56,539 nt of DNA. It comes from a virus. Its lineage: Duplodnaviria; Caudoviricetes. A program made the translations under genes and the position numbers. The notes under the pieces are model-generated. The model had not been told where the DNA came from. It saw nothing but the letters and a program-made list of their open reading frames with translations, and searched no databases. Where the stretch lies: positions 1 through 56,539 of IMG/VR virus record IMGVR_UViG_3300030098_005086. One strand, given 5' to 3'. Shown piece after piece: positions 25,687 through 36,514 of the stretch. The stretch's first letter is position 1. Each line of letters starts with the position of its first letter.

Positions 25687-26395
25687 TACTGACTTTCGCC
25701 CCCGATTGAAGGGGAATAAAAAAGCTGCCTTTGATTATTTTACTAAAAATGAAAGGCGAATATTAATAATAGGAGATATTCATGCTCCGTTTGGATTAGA
25801 TGGTTACCTGGAGTTTTGCCAGGAAACTTATGCCAAACACAACTGTAATCAGGTAATTTACATAGGAGACATTTTGGATAACCACTATAGCTCTTTCCAT
25901 CAGACCGACCCGAATGGTATGTCGGGGGGCACCGAGCTTGAGTATGCTATTGAGGCAATTTCTAAATGGAATAAAGCTTTCCCCGTGGCTGATGTTCTCA
26001 TCGGAAACCATGACCGCATGATAATGAGGAAGGCTTTTGACTCAGATGTTCCTAAGCAATGGATTAAAAGTTATAATGAAGTTCTTGGAACTAATTGGAA
26101 TTGGACAGAAAGAATAGTGTATGACAATGTACAATATGTCCATGGAGAAGGAGGGACCGCGCGCACAAAGGCAAAAAATGATATGATGTCGACCGTACAG
26201 GGCCATATCCATACCCAAGCTTATTGTGAGTGGATGGTTGGCAGAAACTTTAGAGTGTTCGGGATGCAGGTGGGCTGTGGAATCGACGGCGGCTCCTATG
26301 CGGCCGCTTATGCCAAAAATTTTAAAAAACAAGCTATCGGATGTGGCGTGGTGTTGGGTGGACACACTGCTATCAACTGCCTAATGGAGTTATGA
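25676..26395 (+). CDS. Calcineurin-like metallophosphoesterase
   Basis: GDIH, GDILD, GNHD, HG, GHIH. Confidence 0.92.
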   Translation: MKFNTDFRPRLKGNKKAAFDYFTKNERRILIIGDIHAPFGLDGYLEFCQETYAKHNCNQVIYIGDILDNHYSSFHQTDPNGMSGGTELEYAIEAISKWNKAFPVADVLIGNHDRMIMRKAFDSDVPKQWIKSYNEVLGTNWNWTERIVYDNVQYVHGEGGTARTKAKNDMMSTVQGHIHTQAYCEWMVGRNFRVFGMQVGCGIDGGSYAAAYAKNFKKQAIGCGVVLGGHTAINCLMEL

Positions 26396-26805
26396 GATAC
26401 GAAACCAAAGAAGATTTAGCACGAGAGAAAAAGGCAGTAGAAAAGTTTGTTGCCTTATTTAAAGGGAGTTATAAAAAGCTTGGCCCTAATGATATTGATT
26501 TTAGAATCTTTGATAAGGATAAAAAAATAATAGGATACGTAGAGGTTAAAGGTAAAAGCTGTGTCCTTAAAGACGCATTCCCTCTTTATGTGGCAGCACG
26601 TAAATTAGTTAAGCTTTGTGATAAAAGATTAAACCCTGTGATTGTGTGGGCCTGTGAAGACGGCATTATATATGGTAAAGTTCCTGAGATTGTGGGTGAA
26701 ATGAGGTGGGGTGGCAGAAACGATATCAGAGAAGAGGCTATTAATGACCAAGAACTCATGGCTTATTTTGAATACCAAAGAGCTTTTAAATATTTAAAAT
26801 ATTAA
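26392..26805 (+). CDS. PD-(D/E)XK-like nuclease-fold protein
   Basis: Start MRYETKEDL (ATGA overlap); E...IDF...YVEVK. Confidence 0.6.
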   Translation: MRYETKEDLAREKKAVEKFVALFKGSYKKLGPNDIDFRIFDKDKKIIGYVEVKGKSCVLKDAFPLYVAARKLVKLCDKRLNPVIVWACEDGIIYGKVPEIVGEMRWGGRNDIREEAINDQELMAYFEYQRAFKYLKY

Positions 26806-26936
26806 AATTTCTTTTTTTTGAGACGATTAGGCAGCCTCTTTAACACATAGTTGGGAGTTTCTTTTTCCCATCTACGTGCCATCTCCGGCTTATTGGCATA
26901 CATCCATGCTCTTTGTGCTTTACTTGTAAACGGCAT
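26802..26936 (-). CDS. Small conserved basic phage protein (MPFxSxxQ type, 44 aa)
   Basis: Manual translation MPFTSKAQRAWMYANKPEMARRWEKETP...KKKKF; shares a TTAA stop with the convergent gene. Confidence 0.75.
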   Translation of the reverse strand: MPFTSKAQRAWMYANKPEMARRWEKETPNYVLKRLPNRLKKKKF

Positions 26937-26938
26937 AA

Positions 26939-29900
26939 CTATCTTCGTCTTTGTCTTCTTAGCTGTCTCTCTTTCTCTCTTCGTTCTTTTTCTTTACGTT
27001 TCTGTTGTCTTTTATACTCAGGCGTGCTTTTTCTTAGTTCTTTCTGTCTTTGTAAATCTCTATACGCCTTAGGGTCTAGGATTTTTAAGTCTCGTTCTGA
27101 TATTTTCTTTTTCTTTTTAGGCTTTTCTTTTTTGCCCTGAATTTGATACTCACTATAATTAAGAAGTCTCATAATAGCTTCGCCCGGTGGAACATTAGGG
27201 TTGTCAAGCTCGCCTAGGTTATACCACCACTTTAATAATGCAGGAGCAGGAGAAGGCCCTATTGTTGTTAGTTCCGAAATAAGTTCCATGAGCGCTTTAT
27301 CTACCTTTTCACCCTGTTTTCTTAACCTGTCCCGTTTTTCTCGAGTCGAGGTGTCTCTTTGATATTTTTCTAATTGTGTTTTCGTTTTTTTAAAGTTGTT
27401 AAACTTTTTCAATATTCTTTTTGTTGTTTCAAGGTAACCTAGCGATTTAGGGCTAAACTCCCATGGCTTCCCTTGCGCTAAGTCTGCAAGTCCTGAGATA
27501 GCTTCGCCCGCTAGAAAAAATGAGTTTAGGTTTCCAATCACCACCGCTCTTAACATGTCATCTTCATCCTCATCTCTCCATGGGCGCAACATGCCCGGCA
27601 ACCCTAGTGCCACATATTGAAAGAAAGCAGGCATAACTGTATGATACATTAAGAATGTTCTCATGTTATCCACCATTGTTCCTTTACTAGATTCCCCTTT
27701 GGCCTTACGATATAAAGCGCGGATAGCTTGAATCTCTTTTCTCATATATTGCTTAGGGGTTGTTAAAAACATGTTATGCGCCCTAATAAAAGGATTGTGA
27801 GTTTGGTAGTAGTCTTTGTCTTGTATATCCCCTGACTGCTGAGTTCGTTTAGTATCTTTTTCAAATTTCTTAATGGCGTGGTCAATTACCTCTTTCTCGC
27901 TAGCCTTAGGATTAGCTTTTCTATATTGGTCTTTATAGTAATTATAATTAGGCATACCACCCAACATAATCGCCGTTCTATCACCCCATTTAGTGGTGTA
28001 CATTAAGAAGTTTAAATACCATTGTTTATAACCTCCAGGCACGAAACTTTGCATTCCTTCTTCGCTATAGCTTTCAATAACTTGAAGAATAGAATTATAT
28101 TTTCTGTCTTGCATATACACAGAGTTATCTCTAATTTCTTTCCATGTGCTTGCTACATCTTTAATGTTCTTTACACTATATTTTATCCAATTTCTTATCC
28201 CTATATCATTAGCGTAAGTGATGGATGATGTTAATTGTTTTAAGGCAATTACCGGAGATAGTGCTAGTCGCGAAGCAATAAAAAAATTGTTAGAAGTATT
28301 TATCCACCACGCCATCTTGGGGTCAGTGGATGCTCGATTAGCCACCCGTTTAATAGATTCTTTAATTAAGCCATATACTTCTTGGCTGTGCAGGGTGGTA
28401 ATAGCATCTTTAATCGTTTGGTTATCAAAAATTTTATTAATATCTCTAATACTTTCCGCATAGGCGGCAAAATACTCCATGTCGTTCAAGTAGGTAAGTA
28501 GTGCGTCTGTTCCGTCCATAGCTCTAATGGGGTCAGGGTTGTCTGTTCGTATGTGGGTTGAGTCCCCTGTGACCTGCTGTGTCCCCACGAAAGCTCCATT
28601 TTCCCCCAATAGATTTAAAGGTTGAGTTTCTGTTCCCTCTTTATATATACGTCCCGCATAGTTTTGATTCCACGGCATGTCGGTTCGATATATTTTTCTA
28701 TACACTTTATTATAGTGCTCATATAAACTTGGGAACAATTCGTTCACCTGCCAATTAGCAAACTCGTTTAACTTAGGATATTTAGTTTCTAGTAACTCTG
28801 TCATTTCTTGCATTACCCGTTTATACTCAGGACCAAATGCGTTGTCGGCGGCAAAGCTTGGATGATTTATAGGGTCTTTAAATTGATTAACCAAATAGTA
28901 CATTTGATTAGGAGATAATTTGAGTGCCGGTTGGGCAGCAATCATTTGCTCATAAAAAGTTTTATTTTCAGGGGTTGGGTCTTTCTCTACCATCTCCTTG
29001 GCTTTTTGAACCTCGTTATTAGTATATATACCTGTGTCTACCTGAACTCTGTTTTCCCTAGATTTTTTCGCCCAATTCTTGCCATAGAGCTCTTGGAGCT
29101 TGTTTTGCATTAACTGCTCCATCTCCATCCTTCGTTTCTTAAACACTCTAGATGCAGCATCTATTTTATCTACTACTAATTTTTGTAGTTTCCCTCCAAA
29201 CATTTCGCCTGGAAGCTTGCTTATTAAATCCATTAACCCATCTAACGCCTCGGACTTGTTGATAAATAAATTAATACCTTCCCCTATCCTTTTCATATAC
29301 TTAGTCAACCTCCCCTCTTGTCTTTCTTTATTCTTTTTATCTGTCGTTAGTTTAGATAGTATCCTTTTTATTTTATCCTCAAACTTAGGGTCGTTAACAT
29401 CTATCTCTTCTCCTGTGATTTCAGAATAAGCTTCTGCCATTTCTTTTTTATATTTCTCATGTGCTGCTTGAAGCTCCGCAGCCAACTGAGTTTTACCTGA
29501 ATCTATTAATTCAGTTAAATCCATGTTAGCATCACCGAGTATTTCTGCTTTACTTGCGTTGGTATCTTCTAAAATATTAGCTTCTAGTAAGTTGATAGCA
29601 ATATCTAAAGCTACCATGTCACTTATCTCAGCAGTTGACAATTTATCTTTAACGCTTAAAGCATTGAAGTCGTTTAATAGTTTAGTTTTTTTAGCTATAA
29701 TTTCGTCTACTGATAGTTTTTTATACTTGCCTAAATATTTTTTTACTTTATCAATTTTTCTTCTAGTCTCGTTATCTATCTTCACTCCTTTCTTTATACC
29801 ATTTTCAATACGGGTATATTTATCGTTTAAGATATTGTCAATATTAGAGTTAAGAATCTCTACATTCTTTTTAACCACAAGGTTGTCTACCTTGGTCATT

Positions 29901-32900
29901 ACTTCTTGAATGTTATTTTTATCCGCACGAGCAATTTCTCTTACTAAAGTTAAGGCTTCCGTTCGTGTATACAATCCTTTAGGCAGGTATCGACGCATGT
30001 AATTTTTTAAATCTCTCTTTAAGGCTTGCAAGTTTCTCTCACTCTTTTGCATAGATGATGCAATGACTTTAAGGTTTCTAAGACGATTAGCCACATTTGT
30101 AGTAGGATTCCCTTCTAATAAAGTTTGGGCCTCACTAATCATTAAGGCCTGCTGCTTAGAGTGCCCTCTTTTTCTTACAGTTTTCCCTGCTCTTTTATAA
30201 GTGTCTGCCTCTTGCTTAAACTCAGGTAAACTTTCTATATATTCTACCACCTTATCTACAACCTGTGAATCAGGTAAAGGCTTGTCTCTCTTGCTATTTG
30301 CTTCAAATAATTTAGCTTGATAAGCTATTATTTTTTTCATTAACTTTGCACCCGCCTTTTGTCCTCCTTTCATGCTTGTGAAGCTCTTAGGAACATTAGT
30401 GGCTAAAGCCTTATTAACTTCACTAGCTTTAAACTTCTTTGTGGTTTTAGTTAAAAACTCTTTTATTCGTGCGTCTGTAAACCCTGCTTCTCTTCCTTCT
30501 TTAATATAAGCGTCTAGGCTCATCTCTTGTTTAGGCATTGTCTTTCGAACCGGAACAACAGGTTTTCCTTTCTGCTGTCTTTTAAGATTAGGATTAATCT
30601 TTCTATCATTTTTAGTTATATAAATATCTCTAGCTCCAGACTCTGCTCTCTTGGCTGATAAACCAAGGGGTTTTACAAGCTCTTGCACTCGGCTTAATAT
30701 ATTGTTAGCAGGGATAAACCCTTCACTATCCATATTAAATCTTCGACTAATTTCTGCTAGTGTTAATTTTTTAGGTGCGCTTTTTTTAGGTTTAGGTTGA
30801 GCTGCCTTTCTTCTTTCCACCTCCATCTGTGTTGCTTCAGCCGCTTTTAAATTATCTCCTAGTTCTATTTTTTTCTGCTCAAAAAACTCATCAGGATTAA
30901 AGTCTTCGGTTAATTCCGAGGTATCAAAGTCCATGGATAATTGTTGTTGACGCTTAGCGCCTTGAGCCGCCTGCTTTTCTTGAGGGGCCATCCGCGTTAG
31001 ATATTGGATGTCTTCTGTGGTTATCTGTTTTCCTTTTCTAAATTTTGTAGATAGAGTATTTAATAAATCAATTACCGCTTCTTCATCTGTGGTTAATTGT
31101 TTAATAAAAGACATTTGGAAACCTATTTTTTGTCCTAACTCTTTTAACCATTTTAATACAAAATTTTTCTCAGGCTTACTTAAGTTGCTGAAATTAGATG
31201 CTAGGATTCCGGTGAGTTCTGCAAGCTGTTCTTCGTTTTGAATGGACGTATCATAGGTGGCTGCAAATTCTTCTAGTCGTTTTCTTAAAACACTTTCTTT
31301 TCCTAAAGACTGTTGAACTGCCTTTATCATGTTGGCTGTGACCGCTGCGGTGTCTGCGCCTAGCTTATCCACCAATACCGCATGAAATAATTCATGAGGG
31401 ATAGTAGTTAAAGATGCTATCTCAGAATTAATATGAATCGTCTTGTTGTCAATATCATATTCTGCACTTGCTCCTTCCTCTCCATGTTTATTAAATAAAT
31501 CTGTAGTTTCGTGGAATACTATTTTAACATCGGGCACTATCGCTTTCACGGCCTTCATTCCTGATTGAGCAATCTTTTGGAGCACGCTCAATTCTACTAC
31601 AGGCGCGGCCACTTCGGGAGCGGGGGTTTGTTCTAGGGTGGGGTCCCCTTTTTGCTGACGCTTACTTTTGTTTAAAATAATATCATCTCCCACATATTCG
31701 GTTTCTGTATTCTCGTCTACATCAATATTAAAATACTCCGCTATTTCTTTTTGGTCTTCAGTTAAGGGTTTGTCTACGGTAATAGTTTCCTTTTCGGTCT
31801 CCGTGGTTGTTGCGAGCTCATCTAAGGCTCTTTGTCCTTGTATTTTAGCCTCAGCGTCATCTAGTAGTTCTACGAGCTTAGCGTCAACCTCCTCGTCTGT
31901 AGGAGATTTAATTCCTCCCTTCTTTAATTGTTCTATAGCATAGTCTCGAGTGAAGCTAATAACTTCTGAAACAGTATTGCCATCTTCATCTATGGATTGG
32001 GTACGCCTAAATACTCCTCCGTCTAAAATAGATTTTATTTGCTCACCAATTAATCTAAGTTTGCTTTTGCCTGCATCAGTATCGTTTCCTTTTAACTTTA
32101 ATTTTTGAATTTCCAAATCGGTCAGAGCTTCAAGTTGGGTTTCGTCAGTGACGCCCGCCTCCTTTAGTTTAGCTTTTATACTTTCTCTGTTTAACACATT
32201 CTCTTTAGCCTTTGTGGCATCTTGCAAAAGGGTGTCATCATTTTTTATTTCAATCTTTGCTCCTGCAATCTCTTCAGGAGTTCCCTTCTCTAAAAGGTCA
32301 ATAACTTCATAAGCAGGCACGATTTCTCCGTTTAACTTATATTCAGGAGTTTTGAGTAGACCCAACCCTACGGTAACAGGGGCGGTTGTTGTTCCCGCAA
32401 TACCTTCAAAACCAATCTCAGCTACATCCATGTCTTGGCCGGCCACTATTCTACCTCCCACTTCTCCGAGTGAACCTCCCACGGCTTCTGTACCTATACC
32501 GGTGGCGGCTCCTGCAAGCTTAGAGGCTTTATCGCTCATTCTCTTAGCTTTCTGTAGCCCCTTAGCAGTGCTTCCCACAAGCTTGGTGGTTAACCCCCCT
32601 GTGATAGCATCAATTGAACCAATAGTTATACCACGGCCTAAGGCTTTTCTTCTTATTCTGCCCATAGCCTCGGCATCTTCTAGCACAGCACGTATATTAG
32701 CATTAGTTAACTCCTTTCCTTCTCCTATTTCTTCTTGTAAAAATTCAGCAAAACTTAGCCCCGCTTCTAGCGTTGTTGTTGCACCAAAGATACCACCTGC
32801 AATAGCTCCCGGTATTGCCCCTATTCCTAGGGTAGTTGCTCCTCCTGCCAAGCCACCTACTCCTGCTCCTGTTCCTGCTCCTGCCGCAACAGTAGGATTA

Positions 32901-33604
32901 GCCATGGCGGACACCGAAGAGACAAAGAGGGCCGGCACAACCGATGGATTTTTCCACACTCCCTTTAAAAAACCTAGCCACCCTCCTCCGTTTTTTTTAT
33001 AAACCTTATTAAAGTCTTGCATTTCATCAGACGGCCCTTGTTCTTGCATCCTTTTTTGAGCATTAATAAACTCTTGGATTTGTTTATTACTTACGTTTTT
33101 ACCACTAGTAAATAAAGCCAAAGACTCATCGATACTTGCACCTTGTGCTTGACCTTGTTGCCATGCTCTCCATATATCTCCTACTAAATCTGTAAAGGGG
33201 TTGACACCAAATTTTTTTTCAAAGGCAGTTTTTACTTCATCAGACCCTTCTTTTTTATTAGGGTCTATTCGTTTATACTCCTCATCAACAACATCGGTAA
33301 CTGTTATTTGGTCATCAGGGGGTGGCGATAATTCCGTAGAAATAGTTTCCCCATCTGATTCCATATCTTCCTGACCCGAAGCAGAGTCGAAAGTGCCTTT
33401 TTTTTTTACTTCCATGGTATTAAATGCTGACATGAAAGTATCTTGGTCGGTATCGCGGAATAATTCATTATCTACACCAAGCTCATAGAGCTGAGTGAGT
33501 TGCTCAGGATTGGCATTAGCAAACATTTCTACATCAACATTGTCGGGGTTAATGAGATTGTTCTCCACATACAGGTCATATATTTGTTGTACTTGTTCGT
33601 TCAC
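26939..33604 (-). CDS. Giant internal virion/ejection protein with a zincin-like HExxH domain
   Basis: 2221 aa; Gly/Ala hydrophobic segments near the N-terminus; IPHELFHAVL...NEEQLAE; last large gene of the virion arm. Confidence 0.7.
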   Translation of the reverse strand: MNEQVQQIYDLYVENNLINPDNVDVEMFANANPEQLTQLYELGVDNELFRDTDQDTFMSAFNTMEVKKKGTFDSASGQEDMESDGETISTELSPPPDDQITVTDVVDEEYKRIDPNKKEGSDEVKTAFEKKFGVNPFTDLVGDIWRAWQQGQAQGASIDESLALFTSGKNVSNKQIQEFINAQKRMQEQGPSDEMQDFNKVYKKNGGGWLGFLKGVWKNPSVVPALFVSSVSAMANPTVAAGAGTGAGVGGLAGGATTLGIGAIPGAIAGGIFGATTTLEAGLSFAEFLQEEIGEGKELTNANIRAVLEDAEAMGRIRRKALGRGITIGSIDAITGGLTTKLVGSTAKGLQKAKRMSDKASKLAGAATGIGTEAVGGSLGEVGGRIVAGQDMDVAEIGFEGIAGTTTAPVTVGLGLLKTPEYKLNGEIVPAYEVIDLLEKGTPEEIAGAKIEIKNDDTLLQDATKAKENVLNRESIKAKLKEAGVTDETQLEALTDLEIQKLKLKGNDTDAGKSKLRLIGEQIKSILDGGVFRRTQSIDEDGNTVSEVISFTRDYAIEQLKKGGIKSPTDEEVDAKLVELLDDAEAKIQGQRALDELATTTETEKETITVDKPLTEDQKEIAEYFNIDVDENTETEYVGDDIILNKSKRQQKGDPTLEQTPAPEVAAPVVELSVLQKIAQSGMKAVKAIVPDVKIVFHETTDLFNKHGEEGASAEYDIDNKTIHINSEIASLTTIPHELFHAVLVDKLGADTAAVTANMIKAVQQSLGKESVLRKRLEEFAATYDTSIQNEEQLAELTGILASNFSNLSKPEKNFVLKWLKELGQKIGFQMSFIKQLTTDEEAVIDLLNTLSTKFRKGKQITTEDIQYLTRMAPQEKQAAQGAKRQQQLSMDFDTSELTEDFNPDEFFEQKKIELGDNLKAAEATQMEVERRKAAQPKPKKSAPKKLTLAEISRRFNMDSEGFIPANNILSRVQELVKPLGLSAKRAESGARDIYITKNDRKINPNLKRQQKGKPVVPVRKTMPKQEMSLDAYIKEGREAGFTDARIKEFLTKTTKKFKASEVNKALATNVPKSFTSMKGGQKAGAKLMKKIIAYQAKLFEANSKRDKPLPDSQVVDKVVEYIESLPEFKQEADTYKRAGKTVRKRGHSKQQALMISEAQTLLEGNPTTNVANRLRNLKVIASSMQKSERNLQALKRDLKNYMRRYLPKGLYTRTEALTLVREIARADKNNIQEVMTKVDNLVVKKNVEILNSNIDNILNDKYTRIENGIKKGVKIDNETRRKIDKVKKYLGKYKKLSVDEIIAKKTKLLNDFNALSVKDKLSTAEISDMVALDIAINLLEANILEDTNASKAEILGDANMDLTELIDSGKTQLAAELQAAHEKYKKEMAEAYSEITGEEIDVNDPKFEDKIKRILSKLTTDKKNKERQEGRLTKYMKRIGEGINLFINKSEALDGLMDLISKLPGEMFGGKLQKLVVDKIDAASRVFKKRRMEMEQLMQNKLQELYGKNWAKKSRENRVQVDTGIYTNNEVQKAKEMVEKDPTPENKTFYEQMIAAQPALKLSPNQMYYLVNQFKDPINHPSFAADNAFGPEYKRVMQEMTELLETKYPKLNEFANWQVNELFPSLYEHYNKVYRKIYRTDMPWNQNYAGRIYKEGTETQPLNLLGENGAFVGTQQVTGDSTHIRTDNPDPIRAMDGTDALLTYLNDMEYFAAYAESIRDINKIFDNQTIKDAITTLHSQEVYGLIKESIKRVANRASTDPKMAWWINTSNNFFIASRLALSPVIALKQLTSSITYANDIGIRNWIKYSVKNIKDVASTWKEIRDNSVYMQDRKYNSILQVIESYSEEGMQSFVPGGYKQWYLNFLMYTTKWGDRTAIMLGGMPNYNYYKDQYRKANPKASEKEVIDHAIKKFEKDTKRTQQSGDIQDKDYYQTHNPFIRAHNMFLTTPKQYMRKEIQAIRALYRKAKGESSKGTMVDNMRTFLMYHTVMPAFFQYVALGLPGMLRPWRDEDEDDMLRAVVIGNLNSFFLAGEAISGLADLAQGKPWEFSPKSLGYLETTKRILKKFNNFKKTKTQLEKYQRDTSTREKRDRLRKQGEKVDKALMELISELTTIGPSPAPALLKWWYNLGELDNPNVPPGEAIMRLLNYSEYQIQGKKEKPKKKKKISERDLKILDPKAYRDLQRQKELRKSTPEYKRQQKRKEKERREKERQLRRQRRR

Positions 33605-33605
33605 C

Positions 33606-35786
33606 TTATTCTTCTTCTTGGTTTAGTTGTTGTGCAATAGCTTCCTGCATTTTTTTATGTAAACTTGTATAGGCATCCCATTTTTTTCTTTCATATTCTT
33701 CTCCTAATGTAGTTTGGAACTCATTAAAAGTTATCCTCTTATCTTCAAATATATTAGGATATCTTTCAAACAAGTCTAATACTATTTGTTGTTTCTCTTC
33801 TGAAGGCTTTCCTACTCTTATTGATTGAACATTTTCTCTAAACTGCTCTTCCACCGTGCTAGGCCCAACTTCTTCTTCCTCTTCCTCTTCCATATTATTT
33901 TGGCGGTTAGACTGATTGTTCAAAAAGATATTGTCCCCCGGAGGAACATTTTGAGTTCTCGTAGGCGAAGTTCTCTTCGGAGTGTACTGCTTCATATAGT
34001 CATCATAAATTCCCTGAAGGTCATCTTTGATTAATGACAAGTCTTTATTGTTAAGTAGCCCGGTTCCTGTGCTTTTCCACTCCAAATCTTCTTTTACGAG
34101 GTTGCCATCGATATATACATTGAAGTAATTATTTCCTTTATCAGAGGGCTTTACCTCGACATCTATATCTGAACGCCTCATACCACTTCCTTCAAAGGCT
34201 TTTATTAACACGTCTTCAATTGCAGGGGCATGCTCACTATTGCTAGTAATCGTTGGTGTATCTTTTATATATTCTCCAAGACTTTTATCTCCCTCAATAA
34301 TAATGTTATCAAAGTCAGAAGCTTCATAAACGAGGTCTCTAGAGCCTAAGTAAGGATTTATTGTTCTGCCTGTAATATCCGTAATCTGATTATTTTCACT
34401 AAAAATAGTATAAGAGTCATCCCACTCTTGTTCTTTGTCAGGATTTAAAAATTCCCATAGAGCTTCTATCCTAGCTTCATTACTAGTAGCATCACCTACG
34501 TTTATTTTCTTTTGTGTTCTATCACCATAATAATCAACAAAGGTCACTATATAAGTGTCTACATTGCCGTCCCCATCTTCATCGATTCTATCAAAAGTTT
34601 CAATAGTTTTCTGTTGTTCTTCCGGTAGGTCAGATTTAAAGGTGTTGTAGTTTTCTTTTAATATCTTTTCAGCCAACTCCGCATTCTCTCCTGTTTCATC
34701 TGAAACAAAAATATCTAGCTTCTCTATTATCTCGTCTCCTGTAAGCTTACCTTTACCTTTACCTTTACCTTTTCCTTTGTCTGTTCTAGGCTTCTTCTCA
34801 AATCCTACCGCCATTTCCATTTTGCTTCCTAAATGATTTCTCACCGCATCTAGCTGACTGTCTTGAAACTCTAATTCAAGAACACCCGAGTTGTTGGCGT
34901 TAAATTGTTTAAAGAATAAGGTTCCTGTTCCTCCGTTCTCTATTTTATCAGCTTCAAATTCTTCCCTATTCGTGGTAGACCTATACTCAATTCCGTTTTC
35001 ATTTGTGCCAAGACTCTCCGTAAGGACACTAGAAATGTTATAATCATTAGTCATGGCCTCAGAAATAGCCGCCTCTTTAACTGTGTTCCACTCTGCTTTT
35101 ATACGAGGGTTGTCTATTAACATTTGAGGAGTATAACTTTTAAAGTCATCAATGTATTTAGTTTGGCTCTCCACCCAATCTAATTCATCAAACCTATCAT
35201 ATCTTTGATTCATTCCATTAAGTATGGTTTCAATGCTGTTGAGAGTCTCGGGTTTTATTACTCCCTTTTCATCTTTTTCACCCATCATAATTCTCCCTGT
35301 ATTCGGGTCTATATAAATCCCGTGGGTTTCGAAATTTATTAAACCTCCATATTCCTCCCAAGCTTCGTCCTCTAAGGTTTGATTTATATTGGCCTGAGTT
35401 CTTTCATTAATAGTAGCAAAATTAGCTTGTAATTCTTTGGCCGCCTCAAAAACACGCTTAGTATCACTCATCATGTTTTGTCTTTGAAGTGTATAATCTC
35501 TTAAGTTTAATTGACCATTTTTAAGTTGTCGCTCAAGCTCTAATGTTTGTGCTCGTAAATCTTGAGCAAGTTGAGCTACACCATCACTTGTACCTTTGTG
35601 TTGTCCTTGGGGGTTGTTTTCAAGATACTCTAGGTCAGTAGCTAATTTGTCGTCTATTTCTTTTTTTCTCCGCGCCCTATCCTCCATTATATCCACAATG
35701 GTTTGGGAGTAGTTCGCCCCTATCTTGCTCCAATTTATCGGCTCAAGTCTTTCGCCTTTCTCATATCCAAAATACGTTTCTGCCAT
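33606..35786 (-). CDS. Putative internal virion (ejection) protein
   Basis: Helical and acidic; (GK)n linker; lies between ejection-like genes. Confidence 0.55.
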   Translation of the reverse strand: MAETYFGYEKGERLEPINWSKIGANYSQTIVDIMEDRARRKKEIDDKLATDLEYLENNPQGQHKGTSDGVAQLAQDLRAQTLELERQLKNGQLNLRDYTLQRQNMMSDTKRVFEAAKELQANFATINERTQANINQTLEDEAWEEYGGLINFETHGIYIDPNTGRIMMGEKDEKGVIKPETLNSIETILNGMNQRYDRFDELDWVESQTKYIDDFKSYTPQMLIDNPRIKAEWNTVKEAAISEAMTNDYNISSVLTESLGTNENGIEYRSTTNREEFEADKIENGGTGTLFFKQFNANNSGVLELEFQDSQLDAVRNHLGSKMEMAVGFEKKPRTDKGKGKGKGKGKLTGDEIIEKLDIFVSDETGENAELAEKILKENYNTFKSDLPEEQQKTIETFDRIDEDGDGNVDTYIVTFVDYYGDRTQKKINVGDATSNEARIEALWEFLNPDKEQEWDDSYTIFSENNQITDITGRTINPYLGSRDLVYEASDFDNIIIEGDKSLGEYIKDTPTITSNSEHAPAIEDVLIKAFEGSGMRRSDIDVEVKPSDKGNNYFNVYIDGNLVKEDLEWKSTGTGLLNNKDLSLIKDDLQGIYDDYMKQYTPKRTSPTRTQNVPPGDNIFLNNQSNRQNNMEEEEEEEVGPSTVEEQFRENVQSIRVGKPSEEKQQIVLDLFERYPNIFEDKRITFNEFQTTLGEEYERKKWDAYTSLHKKMQEAIAQQLNQEEE

Positions 35787-35802
35787 TGTGTAGTGGTTTT
35801 AT

Positions 35803-36513
35803 CTAATTATTTAAGCTAGAAGTGTCTATAGTTACCCCCGGCATTCCTCCGCCTGTATAATGTCCTCCTTGCGGCAAAAAGTCTTGATACGTGCTACTAG
35901 TATAAGGGTCGACGCCTGGATTTACCCCTCCTCCTAGACTATCATATAAAGGAACGAGAGAGCCGAGTCCTGAAATACCTTGCTGAATAGAACTATGCAT
36001 ATTGGCCGTAGCTTGATTAGCTCTGTTGGCAGCATTGGCTGATGCTACTTGAGCTCCCCCCGCTTCTTGTACCGATAAATCACTTAATACATCTCTTAAC
36101 CGCGCATCTTCGTTTCTCTTTTTTTCTTCTATGGCTGCCATCTCTTGCGACATTCGGCCTGTGGTAGCTTGTTGTCCTTTTTGACTTGCTAACAATATTC
36201 TAGAAGCCACTGCCCCAACCCCTCTCGAATCTCCTTGTTCTGCTGCATCAATTAAGTTAGCACTAGTAGCTAACATAGCCTCTCTCTCTAACTCATAGGG
36301 TGTTTTATTAACACTTAATCCTTCATAAAAATTTATATCCATTCCTTTACGAGCCTGCTTATAAGCTTTACTTGCCGCTTTACTTGCCGCTTTTTGGTCT
36401 TTACGAGCTTGCTTGGCTTGTTTATTGGATTGGACGGCCCCATATACTGCCCCCCCTACGGTTGCTACTGCGGTTATTCCCGCTGCTACTGCTGTTACTG
36501 TTGCTGCTGCCAT
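35803..36513 (-). CDS. Putative small ejection protein
   Basis: Ala/Gly hydrophobic N-terminus followed by Ala/Gln-rich helices, as in podovirus core proteins. Confidence 0.6.
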   Translation of the reverse strand: MAAATVTAVAAGITAVATVGGAVYGAVQSNKQAKQARKDQKAASKAASKAYKQARKGMDINFYEGLSVNKTPYELEREAMLATSANLIDAAEQGDSRGVGAVASRILLASQKGQQATTGRMSQEMAAIEEKKRNEDARLRDVLSDLSVQEAGGAQVASANAANRANQATANMHSSIQQGISGLGSLVPLYDSLGGGVNPGVDPYTSSTYQDFLPQGGHYTGGGMPGVTIDTSSLNN

Positions 36514-36514
36514 A

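Noticed and set aside
32352-33002. 216-aa Pro/Ala-rich plus-strand ORF, and other antisense ORFs in the virion arm
   Set aside because: Antisense mirror of Gly/Ala-rich codons in the long minus-strand genes.
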